DNA from: Betaproteobacteria bacterium
Lineage (GTDB): Bacteria > Pseudomonadota > Gammaproteobacteria > Burkholderiales > Rhodocyclaceae
Assembly: GCA_009779355.1 (NCBI GenBank)
Contig: WREK01000001.1
Span: forward strand, 8,654 to 72,653
Length of the DNA stretch: 64,000 bases
Reading direction: 5' to 3'
Position numbers and translations under genes: made by a program. The notes under the pieces were generated by a model. It saw nothing but the letters and a program-made list of their open reading frames with translations, ran no database searches and was not told the DNA's origin. Within the stretch, counting starts at the first letter, position 1. Each line of letters opens with the position of its first letter. Shown here one piece after another: positions 18,565-28,498 of this stretch.

Positions 18565-19178
18565 TTGTGGGGCTTGCGGGGCCGCACAGGTGTGGCAAGA
18601 CAACCCTTGCCTGCGCCTTTGCTAAGAAGCACAAGCTTGAATTTGTCCAAACGTCAGCATCGCAGGTGTTCGAGGACATGGGCCTTGATCCTGCGGGCCA
18701 CTACGACTTCGCTACGCGCCTGACGGTTCAAGAGGAGATTCTGCGCCGCTTCGATGCGCAATACGTAGCGGCCAGGGGCAAACCCGCGATCACCGACCGA
18801 ACGCCACTAGACATGCTTGCCTACACGCTGGCGGACGCCGTGCAGGATGCAGTGCCGACAGGCTTGCAGGGGCGTTTCGAGAGATACGCGCAATCCTGCT
18901 TCAACGTGACAAACAAGCGTTTCAGCGTGGTGGTGGCGATTCAGCCAGGTATTCCCATTGTGGCGGAAGCTGGAAAGGCCGCGCCGAACACTGCCTACGT
19001 CGAACACTTGAACGCCATCATCCTGGGCTTGGTTTGTGATGATCGAATTTCCACTGCCCACTTCAAGATTTCCCGTCATGTCACGGATCTTGAGGATCGA
19101 ATGGCGGCATTGGGTGTCGTTGTCGGTAAAGTGAAAAGATTGGCGGAATTGGAGAGCAGGGAGGCAGCGCTTCACTGA
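18561..19178 (+). CDS. P-loop nucleotide kinase/ATPase (AAA_28-like)
   Basis: GPHRCGKTT and ITDRTPLD motifs. Confidence 0.75.
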   Translation: MIVGLAGPHRCGKTTLACAFAKKHKLEFVQTSASQVFEDMGLDPAGHYDFATRLTVQEEILRRFDAQYVAARGKPAITDRTPLDMLAYTLADAVQDAVPTGLQGRFERYAQSCFNVTNKRFSVVVAIQPGIPIVAEAGKAAPNTAYVEHLNAIILGLVCDDRISTAHFKISRHVTDLEDRMAALGVVVGKVKRLAELESREAALH

Positions 19179-19289
19179 GGCGTGTTTTGAGGAAAGGTAG
19201 CGGGAATACGTGTCGTTCCTGCTACTAGTTAATAACATTCGTTTTGTCGATTTGACATTGATTTTTATAGTTTCGAGGAGAGAAAGCGA

Positions 19290-20126
19290 ATGGGAAAACC
19301 CACTCTGGCAGTTGCACACTATGCGCCGAAAGTTACCAGCGACAAGGTCATTGGCGAAGAAGGCGTCATGATGAAGCTGCCCGTGAAAGATATTCAAATT
19401 GATCCGGCCTATCAGCGGGAAATTATCCGCAATCATTCGGACAAGATTGGTAGTGCGTGGGATTGGCGAATCTACTCAGCAATCAACGTCGCCAACCGCA
19501 ACGGGCAGTATTACGTCTATGACGGAGGGCATCGCGTGTTTGGCGCCCGAATGGCCGGAATCCAGACGCTTCACGCTTACGTTATCGAGAGCGATGGTTC
19601 GGAGAGCGAAGCGGAGTTTTTCCGTCGCCTCAACGAAATGCGTCGGCGCTTGAAGCCAGTCGAAAAGTTCCGGGCGATGGCTGCCGCTGGTCACGAGGGG
19701 CACAAATTTCTCACGGAGGTCTTGAAAGGATTCGACATCGAAATTACGGGCAATACAAAGTGTGGCCCTGGGCAAACCACCGCTGTCCAGACGTTCATGA
19801 ACCGCTTGTCTGGAAAGAACATGACAAAGGGCATGCGCGACGTTGTGGACTGCTGCAAGATCATCGACAGCGCGTGGCACGGGCAAGCAAAAGCGTTTTC
19901 TGGCCGCGCTGTTGAGGGTGTGTTGCGCGCCCTTGATCGTGTCGGAGACGACCGTGTAACTCTCATTGCCGACGCGGGCAAGCAGCTTGGCCGTTATCTG
20001 ATCGAGGATCTTCTGTTGAAGGCGGAGCGCATTGCTGCAATCAATGGCAACGCCGTCTGCGCCGCCCTTCCCGAAGTCATGATTGGTGCCTTCAACCATC
20101 GTCGGAGCAAGCGTCGCATCGGTTAA
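19290..20126 (+). CDS. ParB/Sulfiredoxin-like (DGQHR-type) protein
   Basis: IDPAYQR...YYVYDGGHR...EAEFFRRLN. Confidence 0.7.
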   Translation: MGKPTLAVAHYAPKVTSDKVIGEEGVMMKLPVKDIQIDPAYQREIIRNHSDKIGSAWDWRIYSAINVANRNGQYYVYDGGHRVFGARMAGIQTLHAYVIESDGSESEAEFFRRLNEMRRRLKPVEKFRAMAAAGHEGHKFLTEVLKGFDIEITGNTKCGPGQTTAVQTFMNRLSGKNMTKGMRDVVDCCKIIDSAWHGQAKAFSGRAVEGVLRALDRVGDDRVTLIADAGKQLGRYLIEDLLLKAERIAAINGNAVCAALPEVMIGAFNHRRSKRRIG

Positions 20127-20228
20127 GTGTCGTCGCGCTCGCGGGAGGTCGGTCGCTGTGGTTGATCTTCCTGCGAGCGCTTTGTAAGGTTTGACTGTTG
20201 GGCAATTTGCCCGCTTTGAGAGGGAAGC

Positions 20229-20606
20229 ATGAGCGATGCAGGTGTAAATAAGGAATTGCTAATAGAGCGGTTCAAGCAAATCAATGGCGACGGTGAGAAT
20301 CGACAGAAGGGCTTTGCGCCGTGGTTTTGGCTGAAGTTCTGCCTGCGTAACCCGCGCAAGGCGTATCCGGCGCTCGTCGGGGTATGGAAAGAGTGGGTGG
20401 AGCCGGAGCAATGGATTGTTCTGCCGGAGATCAACAAAGAGGAAACCGAGGTTGTCCGTGAGTCGTCCTGGCTTGACCCATCGACAGAGAGGGTCGCCAT
20501 GCACCGCGCACAGATGGAGAACTTCCAGTTCATTCTCTGCACCGAGGGCAAGCGTCGCGGCACGTTCATTGAGAATCCAAAGTGGCAGCCCTTGCCGCAA
20601 CTGTAG
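20229..20606 (+). CDS. Hypothetical protein
   Basis: ORF with RBS. Confidence 0.5.
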   Translation: MSDAGVNKELLIERFKQINGDGENRQKGFAPWFWLKFCLRNPRKAYPALVGVWKEWVEPEQWIVLPEINKEETEVVRESSWLDPSTERVAMHRAQMENFQFILCTEGKRRGTFIENPKWQPLPQL

Positions 20607-21025
20607 CGGTTCCGACGCTCCGCGAGGAGTTGGATCGCAAGGTGTTCGAGACGATTGACTTCCTCGTCGGCGCCGCCAGTAGGGGCCGCATGACGCGGGA
20701 ACAGGTTGCCGCCTCGCTCGACACGCTGTTCATGGCGGTGGCGGGGTTGGTGGATCGGGACTTTGTCAACATCATCACGGCGGCGCAGCAGACGGTTGGG
20801 CTTCTTCGCCAGCCGACCGCCAAGCGGTATTTCGCGCTGCCAGATACCGATACCGTCAGGGTTGTTTCGTGGGTTCCTGGCTTCGCCAGATTGACTTTCT
20901 GCAAGTATGAGAGCGGCCACGCGACTGATAGTGAGGTAAGGGAGTTTGACAGTGCTTCGGCAGCCGCTCAAGCGTTCGAGCGCGTCGGCGCAATTTTTGA
21001 AAAGAAAGGATGGGTAGCAATGTGA
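20582..21025 (+). CDS. Hypothetical protein
   Basis: Overlapping ORF; good codon usage. Confidence 0.55.
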   Translation: MAALAATVAVPTLREELDRKVFETIDFLVGAASRGRMTREQVAASLDTLFMAVAGLVDRDFVNIITAAQQTVGLLRQPTAKRYFALPDTDTVRVVSWVPGFARLTFCKYESGHATDSEVREFDSASAAAQAFERVGAIFEKKGWVAM

Positions 21026-21254
21026 GTGCTGCGCAAAAGTGGTGGGAGATAGACGAGGACTGGGCCTACGAAGCTGCGCGTCAGCGCAGGCTTGAGGAAG
21101 AAGAGCAAACGCCCACCGGCGCCGACAGGCAAGATGACGTTGGCCGCTTGCCCGAAAGCGCTCAAGCCTGCTCTTTTTTGTAACAACGCACTCTAGTAAG
21201 TGTTGACTATAATTTTTCGTTCGATAAACGCTCAATTTTAAGAAAGGGGCAACT

Positions 21255-21722
21255 GTGAAACTGAACCAATACCAAAAGCAGGCGTTCGTGCGGGCTGTCA
21301 TGGATGACACGCCGTTTCCGAGTGACGAACAGATCAAGGACGAGGTGCAGGCAGCGGTGGTTGAGGCCATGTCGTCGGCGGTGCGTGAAGTTTATCGGAT
21401 CGCACCGAATGCACTTGCGACTAATACCGCTTGCGTCTGTCTGAGCTACTACAGCACCAGATTTGTTGTTGGCGATGTCGACCTCCACCGTGTGACGCAA
21501 CCTTGGACCGAGCGCTTGAGGAAACGCGCGGAAGCAAAGAATCAACTGGAAGGTGTCGTCAATGGCTGTAGCACGCTGGCGCAACTGAAAAAGATGCTGC
21601 CGGAGTTTGAAAAATACATGCCGAGCGAAACGATGCCGACTAAGAATCTGCCAGTTATCGCCAACATCGTCACGTCGCTGACCGAGCTTGGCTGGCCGAA
21701 GGGCGCAGAGGTGGCGGCATGA
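21255..21722 (+). CDS. Nmad5-like (nucleotide modification-associated) protein
   Basis: MKLN..QKQAFVRAVMDD...TLAQLKKMLPEFEKYMP. Confidence 0.6.
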   Translation: MKLNQYQKQAFVRAVMDDTPFPSDEQIKDEVQAAVVEAMSSAVREVYRIAPNALATNTACVCLSYYSTRFVVGDVDLHRVTQPWTERLRKRAEAKNQLEGVVNGCSTLAQLKKMLPEFEKYMPSETMPTKNLPVIANIVTSLTELGWPKGAEVAA

Positions 21723-22282
21723 GCATCGAGCAAGAAATTCAAGCCAGGGGTCTGACCGCGCCGCGTATCACGCCAGATGACATCGAGGCGAACATCATGG
21801 GCGAAGTCTATTTCACCGCTTTCGATGGCAGCACCAGAGGGGCGGACGTGCGTGTCACGCCGGACTTCGACAAAGAGGTGTTTGACACATCCTTGAGCCT
21901 ACTCACCATCTGCGTCCTCGTTCTTCGCAACGGCTTCACCGTCACTGGCGAATCCGCTTGCGTCTCTCCAGGAAACTTCGACGTCACCGCTGGCCGCGCA
22001 ATTGCCCGCCAGAACGCTATCGACAAAGTGTGGCCGCTGATGGGCTACGCGCTGAAGGAAAAGCTGGCGAAGGAAAAGGGCGATTGGTTCGACCGCCTGC
22101 TGGAAGAGCGGGACGAATTGGCGGAGCGCATCGAGAAACTTGAGACTTTTCTGGATTTAACCGTAATCAGCGACCCTCAACGGAAGCGTCTGAATGCCCA
22201 ACACGCGGTCATGAGCCAATATCACGACATGCTCGATGACCGCATCGGCGATGCCGCACTCGAAAGGAGTTCCAATGTCTGA
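21719..22282 (+). CDS. N4 Gp49/Sf6 gp66-family protein with C-terminal coiled-coil domain
   Basis: LTICVLVLRNGFTVTGESACVSP.NFD...IARQNAIDKVWPLMGYAL. Confidence 0.8.
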   Translation: MSIEQEIQARGLTAPRITPDDIEANIMGEVYFTAFDGSTRGADVRVTPDFDKEVFDTSLSLLTICVLVLRNGFTVTGESACVSPGNFDVTAGRAIARQNAIDKVWPLMGYALKEKLAKEKGDWFDRLLEERDELAERIEKLETFLDLTVISDPQRKRLNAQHAVMSQYHDMLDDRIGDAALERSSNV

Positions 22283-22583
22283 ATTTGCATGCCCTGTGGT
22301 GCGGCTCTGGATTGAGCCTCACCCGAACGCCGACGCCATCGAGATTGCCCGCGTCGGCGATTATCAATCCATCGTCAAGAAAGGCCAGTTCCGTGACGGT
22401 GATTTGGCCATCTATGTCCCGGAGCAGGCTGTGCTGCCGGAGTGGTTGCTGAAAGGCGCCGACCTTTGGGACGAGGACAAACAAAAAGGAACGCTTTCTG
22501 GTTCGCTTGGCAACCGCGTCAGGGCGACGCGGATCAGGGGGGTCGTTTCTCAAGGGCTTGTTTTGCCTCTCATTGCTGCATAA
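22275..22583 (+). CDS. RNA ligase (DRB0094 family), N-terminal fragment
   Basis: IEPHPNADAIE..VGDYQSIVKKG..GDLAIY.PE..RIRGVVSQGLVLP, then a stop codon. Confidence 0.85.
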   Translation: MSEFACPVVRLWIEPHPNADAIEIARVGDYQSIVKKGQFRDGDLAIYVPEQAVLPEWLLKGADLWDEDKQKGTLSGSLGNRVRATRIRGVVSQGLVLPLIAA

Positions 22584-22597
22584 CTAATGGACGACAA

Positions 22598-23470
22598 ATG
22601 CTCATCTATCTTCTGACCAACATTCGTAACGGTAAGGTTTATGTCGGTCAAACAAAATCGCTCGATGGTCGGATGCGGCGTCACTTGAACGAGGTGCGTC
22701 GTGGCACTAACCGCCACTTGTATGACGCGATTCGCAAGTATGGAGCTGATGTGTTCCGTGTCGAGGTGATCGAGAAAGTGTCCGACCTAGAAGCTGACGA
22801 CGCCGAGTGCATGTGGATTGAATTCTACAGCTCGAACAATCGTGAGTTTGGCTACAACATGACGAAGGGCGGTGGAGGCGGTGACACCTTTACCAACCAC
22901 CCAAAAAAGGAAGAAATCCGAAAGAAGCATCAAGCGCGAGAATGGACGGGAGAGCAGCGCGAGAAGTTTTCCGCCTCGATGGTAGGTAGAAAACGCGAGC
23001 CGTTCTCCAAAGAGTGGAGAGAGAAGATTCGTCAGAGCCTTATTGAATCAGGTTGCCGCCCTCCGATCAATTCGATGCCAGGAGAGTTGCATCCCATGTG
23101 GGGCAAAGCTCATTCGGAAGAAGCGAAGGCGAAAATCTCGGCAGCGCGAATGGGTAAGACTTACGAGCAGATTTTTGGCGAAAAGAAGGCGGCGGCGATG
23201 CGTGAGGCGAAGCGTCAAAAATATGTCGGGCCTGGCAATCCATTCTTCAAAGAGATGCCGATGCGAGAAATTTTGTTGGCGCTTATCGCTGAACCGAATC
23301 TGAAAATGGACTCGCTTGCCAAGCAATTCAGAGTGTCGCGTCCAACGGTAAGTAAAAGACTGCGCGATTTGTTCGCCTGCGAGAACCTGCAAAGGCTCCG
23401 GGAGTGCGTATCGCCAGAAGAGTTTCAACAGCTTTGCAAGGAGAAAGTCAATGCAATGGAAGTTGCGTAA
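22598..23470 (+). mobile_element. GIY-YIG homing endonuclease with NUMOD3-like repeats, inserted in the RNA ligase gene
   Basis: LIYLLTNIRNGKVYVGQT...R...E..WI...GYN; HPMWGKAHSEEAKAKIS. Confidence 0.9.
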
Positions 23471-24302
23471 TTTGGAAACAAGCGAAGATCGTATCTTTAA
23501 CATTGGCGAGGACGCTGCTGAGTTCCTGGGTATCGTCAAACACGAGCCGTCGCTGCCTTCGCACATGCGGGGCAAGATCGTTGGTGTGGATCTGGACGCG
23601 ACGGCCCAATACAACTTCGACAATCTCAAGAAAACGCCGAAGTTGTTCGACGATGGCGAGGATGTTGTCATTACCGAAAAGATTCACGGCACGTTCATGC
23701 AGATCGGTGTCGTGCCTTCGCGCATGGCGAACGAGAAATATTTCGCTGGCCGCGTGATTGTTTCAAGCAAGGGCATGGGCGCAAGGGGTTTCGTTCTCGA
23801 TCACAATGACGATACCAACCTTTACGCACAAGCGGCCAAGAAGCATGGGCTGCTCGAAGCAATGCTCGACACTTTTGGCGATGCTGCTGACCGTCAGAAT
23901 GCCCCGATTTTCATCTTCGGCGAGGTTTTTGGTCGAACCAACAGCGGCGCCGGAGTGCAGGACTTGACCTACGCCGACGAAGTGCTGGACTTCCGGGCGT
24001 TCGACATCGCTGTTGGGAATCGCGGCGCGGAGCGCTACCTGGACTTTGATCACTTTGCCGCCTACTGCGACAAGATCAAGGTGCCGCATGTGCCGGTGTT
24101 GTATCGCGGCCCTTACTCAAAGGCTACCGTTCTTGAACACACCGATGGCAACACCACGCTTTCGGACAAAAAGCAGATTCGGGAAGGCGTCGTGGTGAAG
24201 TCGGCGGTCGAGTCCAGACACTCGCTGTTCGGTCGCAAGATCGCCAAGAGCATCAGTGAGGCTTACTTGCTGCGGAAAGGAAACGCAACTGAGTTCAACT
24301 AA
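23451..24302 (+). CDS. RNA ligase (DRB0094/Rnl2-like), C-terminal adenylyltransferase fragment
   Basis: GEDAAEFLGIVKHEP, TEKIHGT, FGEVFG, FRAFDI, REGVVVK and KSIS..YL motifs; AAGGAG RBS inside the endonuclease 3' end. Confidence 0.88.
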   Translation: MQWKLRNLETSEDRIFNIGEDAAEFLGIVKHEPSLPSHMRGKIVGVDLDATAQYNFDNLKKTPKLFDDGEDVVITEKIHGTFMQIGVVPSRMANEKYFAGRVIVSSKGMGARGFVLDHNDDTNLYAQAAKKHGLLEAMLDTFGDAADRQNAPIFIFGEVFGRTNSGAGVQDLTYADEVLDFRAFDIAVGNRGAERYLDFDHFAAYCDKIKVPHVPVLYRGPYSKATVLEHTDGNTTLSDKKQIREGVVVKSAVESRHSLFGRKIAKSISEAYLLRKGNATEFN

Positions 24303-24362
24303 CTGGCCGAGCTTGCTTTGGCCGTGTGATATAGTCAGTCCTTACTAGACAAAGGAGAAGTT

Positions 24363-24578
24363 ATGGCAGTAGAGGAAAACGAGATAGGTTTTCATTCGGC
24401 GCTCGAACACATCGTCGGCGCAATGGGTATGAGCGCGAAGGAGGCGGAAGCCTTCTTGAAGAGCAAGCTGGCCGATGGCTCGCTGTCGCTGACCGGCGAT
24501 GACGGACTTCATCTGACCCCGGCGCAGTTTGCTGAACGGGTTGCCGCGCTGCCCGATGCCGAAGCGGTGTCGGCATGA
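24363..24578 (+). CDS. Hypothetical protein
   Basis: AAGGAG RBS downstream of an operator copy. Confidence 0.6.
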   Translation: MAVEENEIGFHSALEHIVGAMGMSAKEAEAFLKSKLADGSLSLTGDDGLHLTPAQFAERVAALPDAEAVSA

Positions 24579-24722
24579 TCGTCGGTGGTGGAAACTCGAC
24601 ACCACTGATTAACTTGCCGAGATAACGCCTGTTTCGACGCTTTAGTATAGCGGTTAATCGGTCAATGACTGATTAACCGCTAAATCAAATCGTTGAAACT
24701 GTTTTATGGAAAGGATAAAGAG

Positions 24723-25121
24723 ATGGGGACGCAATCTGTGACTGCTGTTTATGGCGAATACGATGACACGCTGGTCAGGATGTGTCACCAGTGTGACGGC
24801 TCGCCTAGTGAGCATGGTCTTGAATTGGCCGAATTTCTCGACGGAAAGAAGTTTGTGGACGGCTTTGGTTTCGGCGAGGAAAGGGAAAACACCTTCAATG
24901 GCGAGGGTGATCTGGCCGCGCAGATTGTGGCTCATTTCAAGAAGGGGCCGGGTGGCGTTTATCTGATTGCGGACGAGTGTTTTGGCGAGGAGTTTAGTTA
25001 TCACATTCGCTTGATTGTTGATTATCTGGAGATTACCGTGATTGATCGTGATGGCCTCGATATTTTTACGGGTAACGTGGCCGAGTTCAAGTTTTGGTGC
25101 CAAGAGGCGAAAGCAAAATGA
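24723..25121 (+). CDS. Hypothetical phage protein
   Basis: MGT.S.T...DG.PS.HG.ELAEFL..LAAQ.VAHFK motif. Confidence 0.65.
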   Translation: MGTQSVTAVYGEYDDTLVRMCHQCDGSPSEHGLELAEFLDGKKFVDGFGFGEERENTFNGEGDLAAQIVAHFKKGPGGVYLIADECFGEEFSYHIRLIVDYLEITVIDRDGLDIFTGNVAEFKFWCQEAKAK

Positions 25122-25218
25122 CTGAAACGATCCTGATCTTTACCGATGGTGCCGTCACAAGTCACGAAATTGCACTCATGGCTCGCGCCATCATCTTTGA
25201 CGTAACAGGAGATGCGCA

Positions 25219-25818
25219 GTGGGCTTGAGAATCATCGGGCTGGACACCGAAACAACCGGGCTGAAACAGGAGCTTGGACATCGCATCATCGAGATCGCCA
25301 TGCTGACCTACGATTCGGACAGCCGCAAGCTGGTGGATAGGTGGGTTCAGCGCATCGACCCGGAGCGGCCCATTGATCCCGCTGCGCAGGAGGTGCACGG
25401 TATTGCCTACACCGATCTGGTTGGCTGCCCGAAATGGGACGAGGTGGCGCCGGAGATCGTTCGTCGCATGGGCGAGGCTGACCTGCTGGTGGCGCACAAC
25501 ATGGGTTTTGATGGCCCGTTCGTCGCTGCCGAGTTGATTCGGGTCGGCTTGCGAGTGCCGAATACGCCCTCTGTCTGCACGATGGAAAGCGCCCGATGGG
25601 CTTGCCCCGATGGGAAGCTGCCCCGTTTAGGCGAGCTGTGTTTTGCGCTGGGCGTCAGGTATGACGCGGCCAAAGCACACAGCGCAATATACGACGTGGA
25701 CATTATGATGGAGTGCTTGTTTCGCGGTTTGAAACGCGGCTTCTACAGGCTGCCGGAGGTTGAGTGTAACGCCAGCTCCTTTCGCAACTGTCACGATGCT
25801 GAATTGAAGGCGGCATAA
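25219..25818 (+). CDS. DEDDh 3'-5' exonuclease (DnaQ-like)
   Basis: LDTETTG, VHGI, AHNMGFD and AHSAIYD motifs. Confidence 0.92.
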   Translation: MGLRIIGLDTETTGLKQELGHRIIEIAMLTYDSDSRKLVDRWVQRIDPERPIDPAAQEVHGIAYTDLVGCPKWDEVAPEIVRRMGEADLLVAHNMGFDGPFVAAELIRVGLRVPNTPSVCTMESARWACPDGKLPRLGELCFALGVRYDAAKAHSAIYDVDIMMECLFRGLKRGFYRLPEVECNASSFRNCHDAELKAA

Positions 25819-25819
25819 G

Positions 25820-26092
25820 GTGAGGCTCGACAACTACACGGACGATGAGCTTGAGCGCCTGTCTTTTCATTCCGGCAACGAGCTTGCGCAGGAATTGGCA
25901 CTCCGCTACTCCCGAAAGGATGACGAAATTGCCGACAAGGAACAAGAGATCGAGGTTCTGGAGCGCGATCTTGAGATAAAAGCGGAGCAGGTTTCATTCG
26001 CGCAGGAGCTTGTAAACAAAATCCGCGAAGCCTTCGAGTGCCACACGACCGCCAAAGAGTTGCGTGGCGAAATTAAAAGGCTGTTGGGTTAA
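25820..26092 (+). CDS. Coiled-coil hypothetical protein
   Basis: ORF; resembles 30884..31186. Confidence 0.55.
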   Translation: MRLDNYTDDELERLSFHSGNELAQELALRYSRKDDEIADKEQEIEVLERDLEIKAEQVSFAQELVNKIREAFECHTTAKELRGEIKRLLG

Positions 26093-26122
26093 ACCTTTTT
26101 TCGAGTTTTGAGAGGAGCAGCG

Positions 26123-26485
26123 ATGAAAGTCAAAACAATAGAATTGATAGGCGCGGCGCTCGATTGGGCGGTGTTGGTCGCCATGTATGGGAAACACGAC
26201 CCGAGCAACAAAAGGCATATCGAGCATTTCAAGGAAATACGGGAATGCCACCTATTGCGCCAACAAGCACGATTCTCTGAAAGATGGGAACACGGCGGCC
26301 CGATTATCGAGCGCGAGAGAATCAGCATGATAAAAGCGCCTGGAAATATCTGGTCAGCGACCATTGTTCTGGCAAGCGGATTTGTTGTTATGCGGATTCA
26401 CGACAACCCTCTCGTTGCCGCCATGCGCTGCTACGTTGCGGCAAAACTTGGCGACGTGGTGGAAATACCAGAGGAGTTGTGTTGA
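26123..26485 (+). CDS. NinX-family (DUF2591-like) protein
   Basis: LIGAALDWAV...W.HGGPIIERERI...PLVAAMRCYVAAKLG. Confidence 0.8.
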   Translation: MKVKTIELIGAALDWAVLVAMYGKHDPSNKRHIEHFKEIRECHLLRQQARFSERWEHGGPIIERERISMIKAPGNIWSATIVLASGFVVMRIHDNPLVAAMRCYVAAKLGDVVEIPEELC

Positions 26486-26555
26486 CGACAGAGCGGTGCC
26501 TGATACCGAGCGATAGCATTCAAATCATAGCAACCAACAACGAAAGGGAAAGTAA

Positions 26556-27005
26556 ATGAATGCTAAATTGGGTCAGGCAAGACGACATCTGATGAACGAT
26601 GAACTTCTTGCAAAGTTCATGCCCCTTCAACAACGCCTGTCTTTGCGCGAACAGCTTGAAGGCGAAGAGGGTGACTTCTTCGTCCAGAAGGTGCTGGAGA
26701 TTGCCGACATTATTCGCGGAACGCCGGTTACGTATGGCACCGAAGATGTCGACACGGAGGACAAGGTGCTGCGCCTGCACTACTTCATGGGCGGCGTCGA
26801 TGCTTGGATCGTCGAGCGGGACGTTGGTGACACGCCAGCCGAGAACGGTGAAGGCGAGCAGATACAAGCATACGGGAAATGCACGCTCTTTGGCGGTGGG
26901 TGGCGCGAGGCGGAATGGGGTTACATCTCGATTCAGAAACTGATTGAGAACGGCGTCGAGCTTGACCTGTATTGGACGCCCAGGACCTGCAAGGAGATGA
27001 AATGA
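26556..27005 (+). CDS. DUF2958-like hypothetical protein
   Basis: LHYF.GG..AWIVE.D...EWGYISI..L...ELDLYW.P. Confidence 0.65.
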   Translation: MNAKLGQARRHLMNDELLAKFMPLQQRLSLREQLEGEEGDFFVQKVLEIADIIRGTPVTYGTEDVDTEDKVLRLHYFMGGVDAWIVERDVGDTPAENGEGEQIQAYGKCTLFGGGWREAEWGYISIQKLIENGVELDLYWTPRTCKEMK

Positions 27006-27212
27006 ATACGGTTGACGGGCAAGCCCTGTGGTCTTTGTGGTCTTGGCGCTGGTCGTTCGCCAGGGGCTGGCGATGGGCACATGAGCGGCATTGCGCCAAC
27101 AGCACAAAGAATGAGTGATGAAGGTTTTCCAGCAATGTGAGCCGGACGTGCTTTTCGCCTTGAAGAAAGGCAATGGAAAGCCGCCAAAGCCAAAAGACCA
27201 CAGGGAGCAATC

Positions 27213-27665
27213 ATGACCAAGTATTTCGGACGCGACGGACGCGCTATTCATCGTCACGAGTGGAGTCGCCTGCTAGGCGACCACAGCTATAGTGTCGTCC
27301 GCGAATACGACAATGGCGAGGTATTTGTCCGTCTGCGTTGGCATGGCGAGGTTAGTGACCCCAATATTTTTCGGGACTGCTGGAATCTCTTTTTGCTTAC
27401 CGTTGGCAACTACAACGCCGTCGGCGAACTGAAAGCCGATCCGGTCGAGAACGGCAAATGGTTCGCTTACGAGGAAGATGGCATCAAAGCCTACGAAGCG
27501 TTCCTGACTCGCTGGACGCCGTGTTGCATTGACGCTGACGGCAGGTTTGAGGAGTGCGACAACACGCTAGCGCCACCACCGCCACCAAACCCTGACGTGC
27601 CTGTGACCGACATATTGACGCTCGCGTGCCTAAAGCTCGGCGATGACGACGTTGGTGTCTGGTGA
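27213..27665 (+). CDS. Hypothetical protein
   Basis: GGGAG RBS. Confidence 0.6.
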   Translation: MTKYFGRDGRAIHRHEWSRLLGDHSYSVVREYDNGEVFVRLRWHGEVSDPNIFRDCWNLFLLTVGNYNAVGELKADPVENGKWFAYEEDGIKAYEAFLTRWTPCCIDADGRFEECDNTLAPPPPPNPDVPVTDILTLACLKLGDDDVGVW

Positions 27666-27756
27666 TTGGACAAATCAAATCGGTTATATCGGTGCCTGAC
27701 ATCAGGTTTCATCATTTCGTTACTGCGTTTTGCAGCGATTACGAAAGGGAAGCCAA

Positions 27757-28092
27757 ATGTCCAAAGCTCTTGTTCGCGTCAGAACCACACGCCACCCAAT
27801 CAGCGAAGAAGTTATCGGTTTTCGCCTCGAAGCTGCTATTCCAAACAGCGACGGTCGCATCATGAAGGTTCGCCATGATGCGAATGGAAAAGCAGACAGT
27901 TTTTACGCAACAAAAGAAGAGGCGCCGAGTTTTCGCAAGCCTTTCTTTATCGAGGAAAGCTCCGACTACAGCCTGATCGACGAGCGCAAGCTGGAACGGT
28001 TTGTCAGCAATTTGAAATGGCAGGGCTACGATGAATTCGAGTTGGTTGGCAAGTATCAGGGCGAGCCGCTGGCTGCGCAGTTCGTTGTTTGA
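27757..28092 (+). CDS. Hypothetical early protein
   Basis: GCCTG-class promoter and GAAAGGG RBS. Confidence 0.65.
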   Translation: MSKALVRVRTTRHPISEEVIGFRLEAAIPNSDGRIMKVRHDANGKADSFYATKEEAPSFRKPFFIEESSDYSLIDERKLERFVSNLKWQGYDEFELVGKYQGEPLAAQFVV

Positions 28093-28498
28093 CCGGCAGC
28101 AGAGGGCATCTGACGGGTGCCTTCTTTTTGTGCGTGACCAACTCCTTGGCGTGGTTGGTGGGCTGGGCGGCCCGGGCGCCCAAGGTTATCCACAGATTTT
28201 GTGGATAGGTTCGACGCCAGTGTCATATCCTGCTTTTGTGGTGTATTCGCGCACGCGCATATGTTTGTTTACAGAGGGCCAATATCCTCGCGGAGTTGCC
28301 TGTCAAGTCGATTGTTGTGCCTGTGTTCAGACTTAATAATGTGTTTGTCGCGCAGCAATGAAGTGAATGAAATTAAAGCAGTTAGGCAAAGTTAAAAGGT
28401 TTCCAGTGATTTGATACTGCCGCCTGAAACTAACTGCAATAATTCAATCATCGCAGAGCAAAGCGATAAACCACAAACCACTACGAAGGGAATAAATC

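Noticed and set aside
22584-23450. Group I intron or intein in the RNA ligase gene
   Set aside because: Only 14 non-coding nt at the 5' side and an overlap at the 3' side; an in-frame stop is present; no intein terminal motifs
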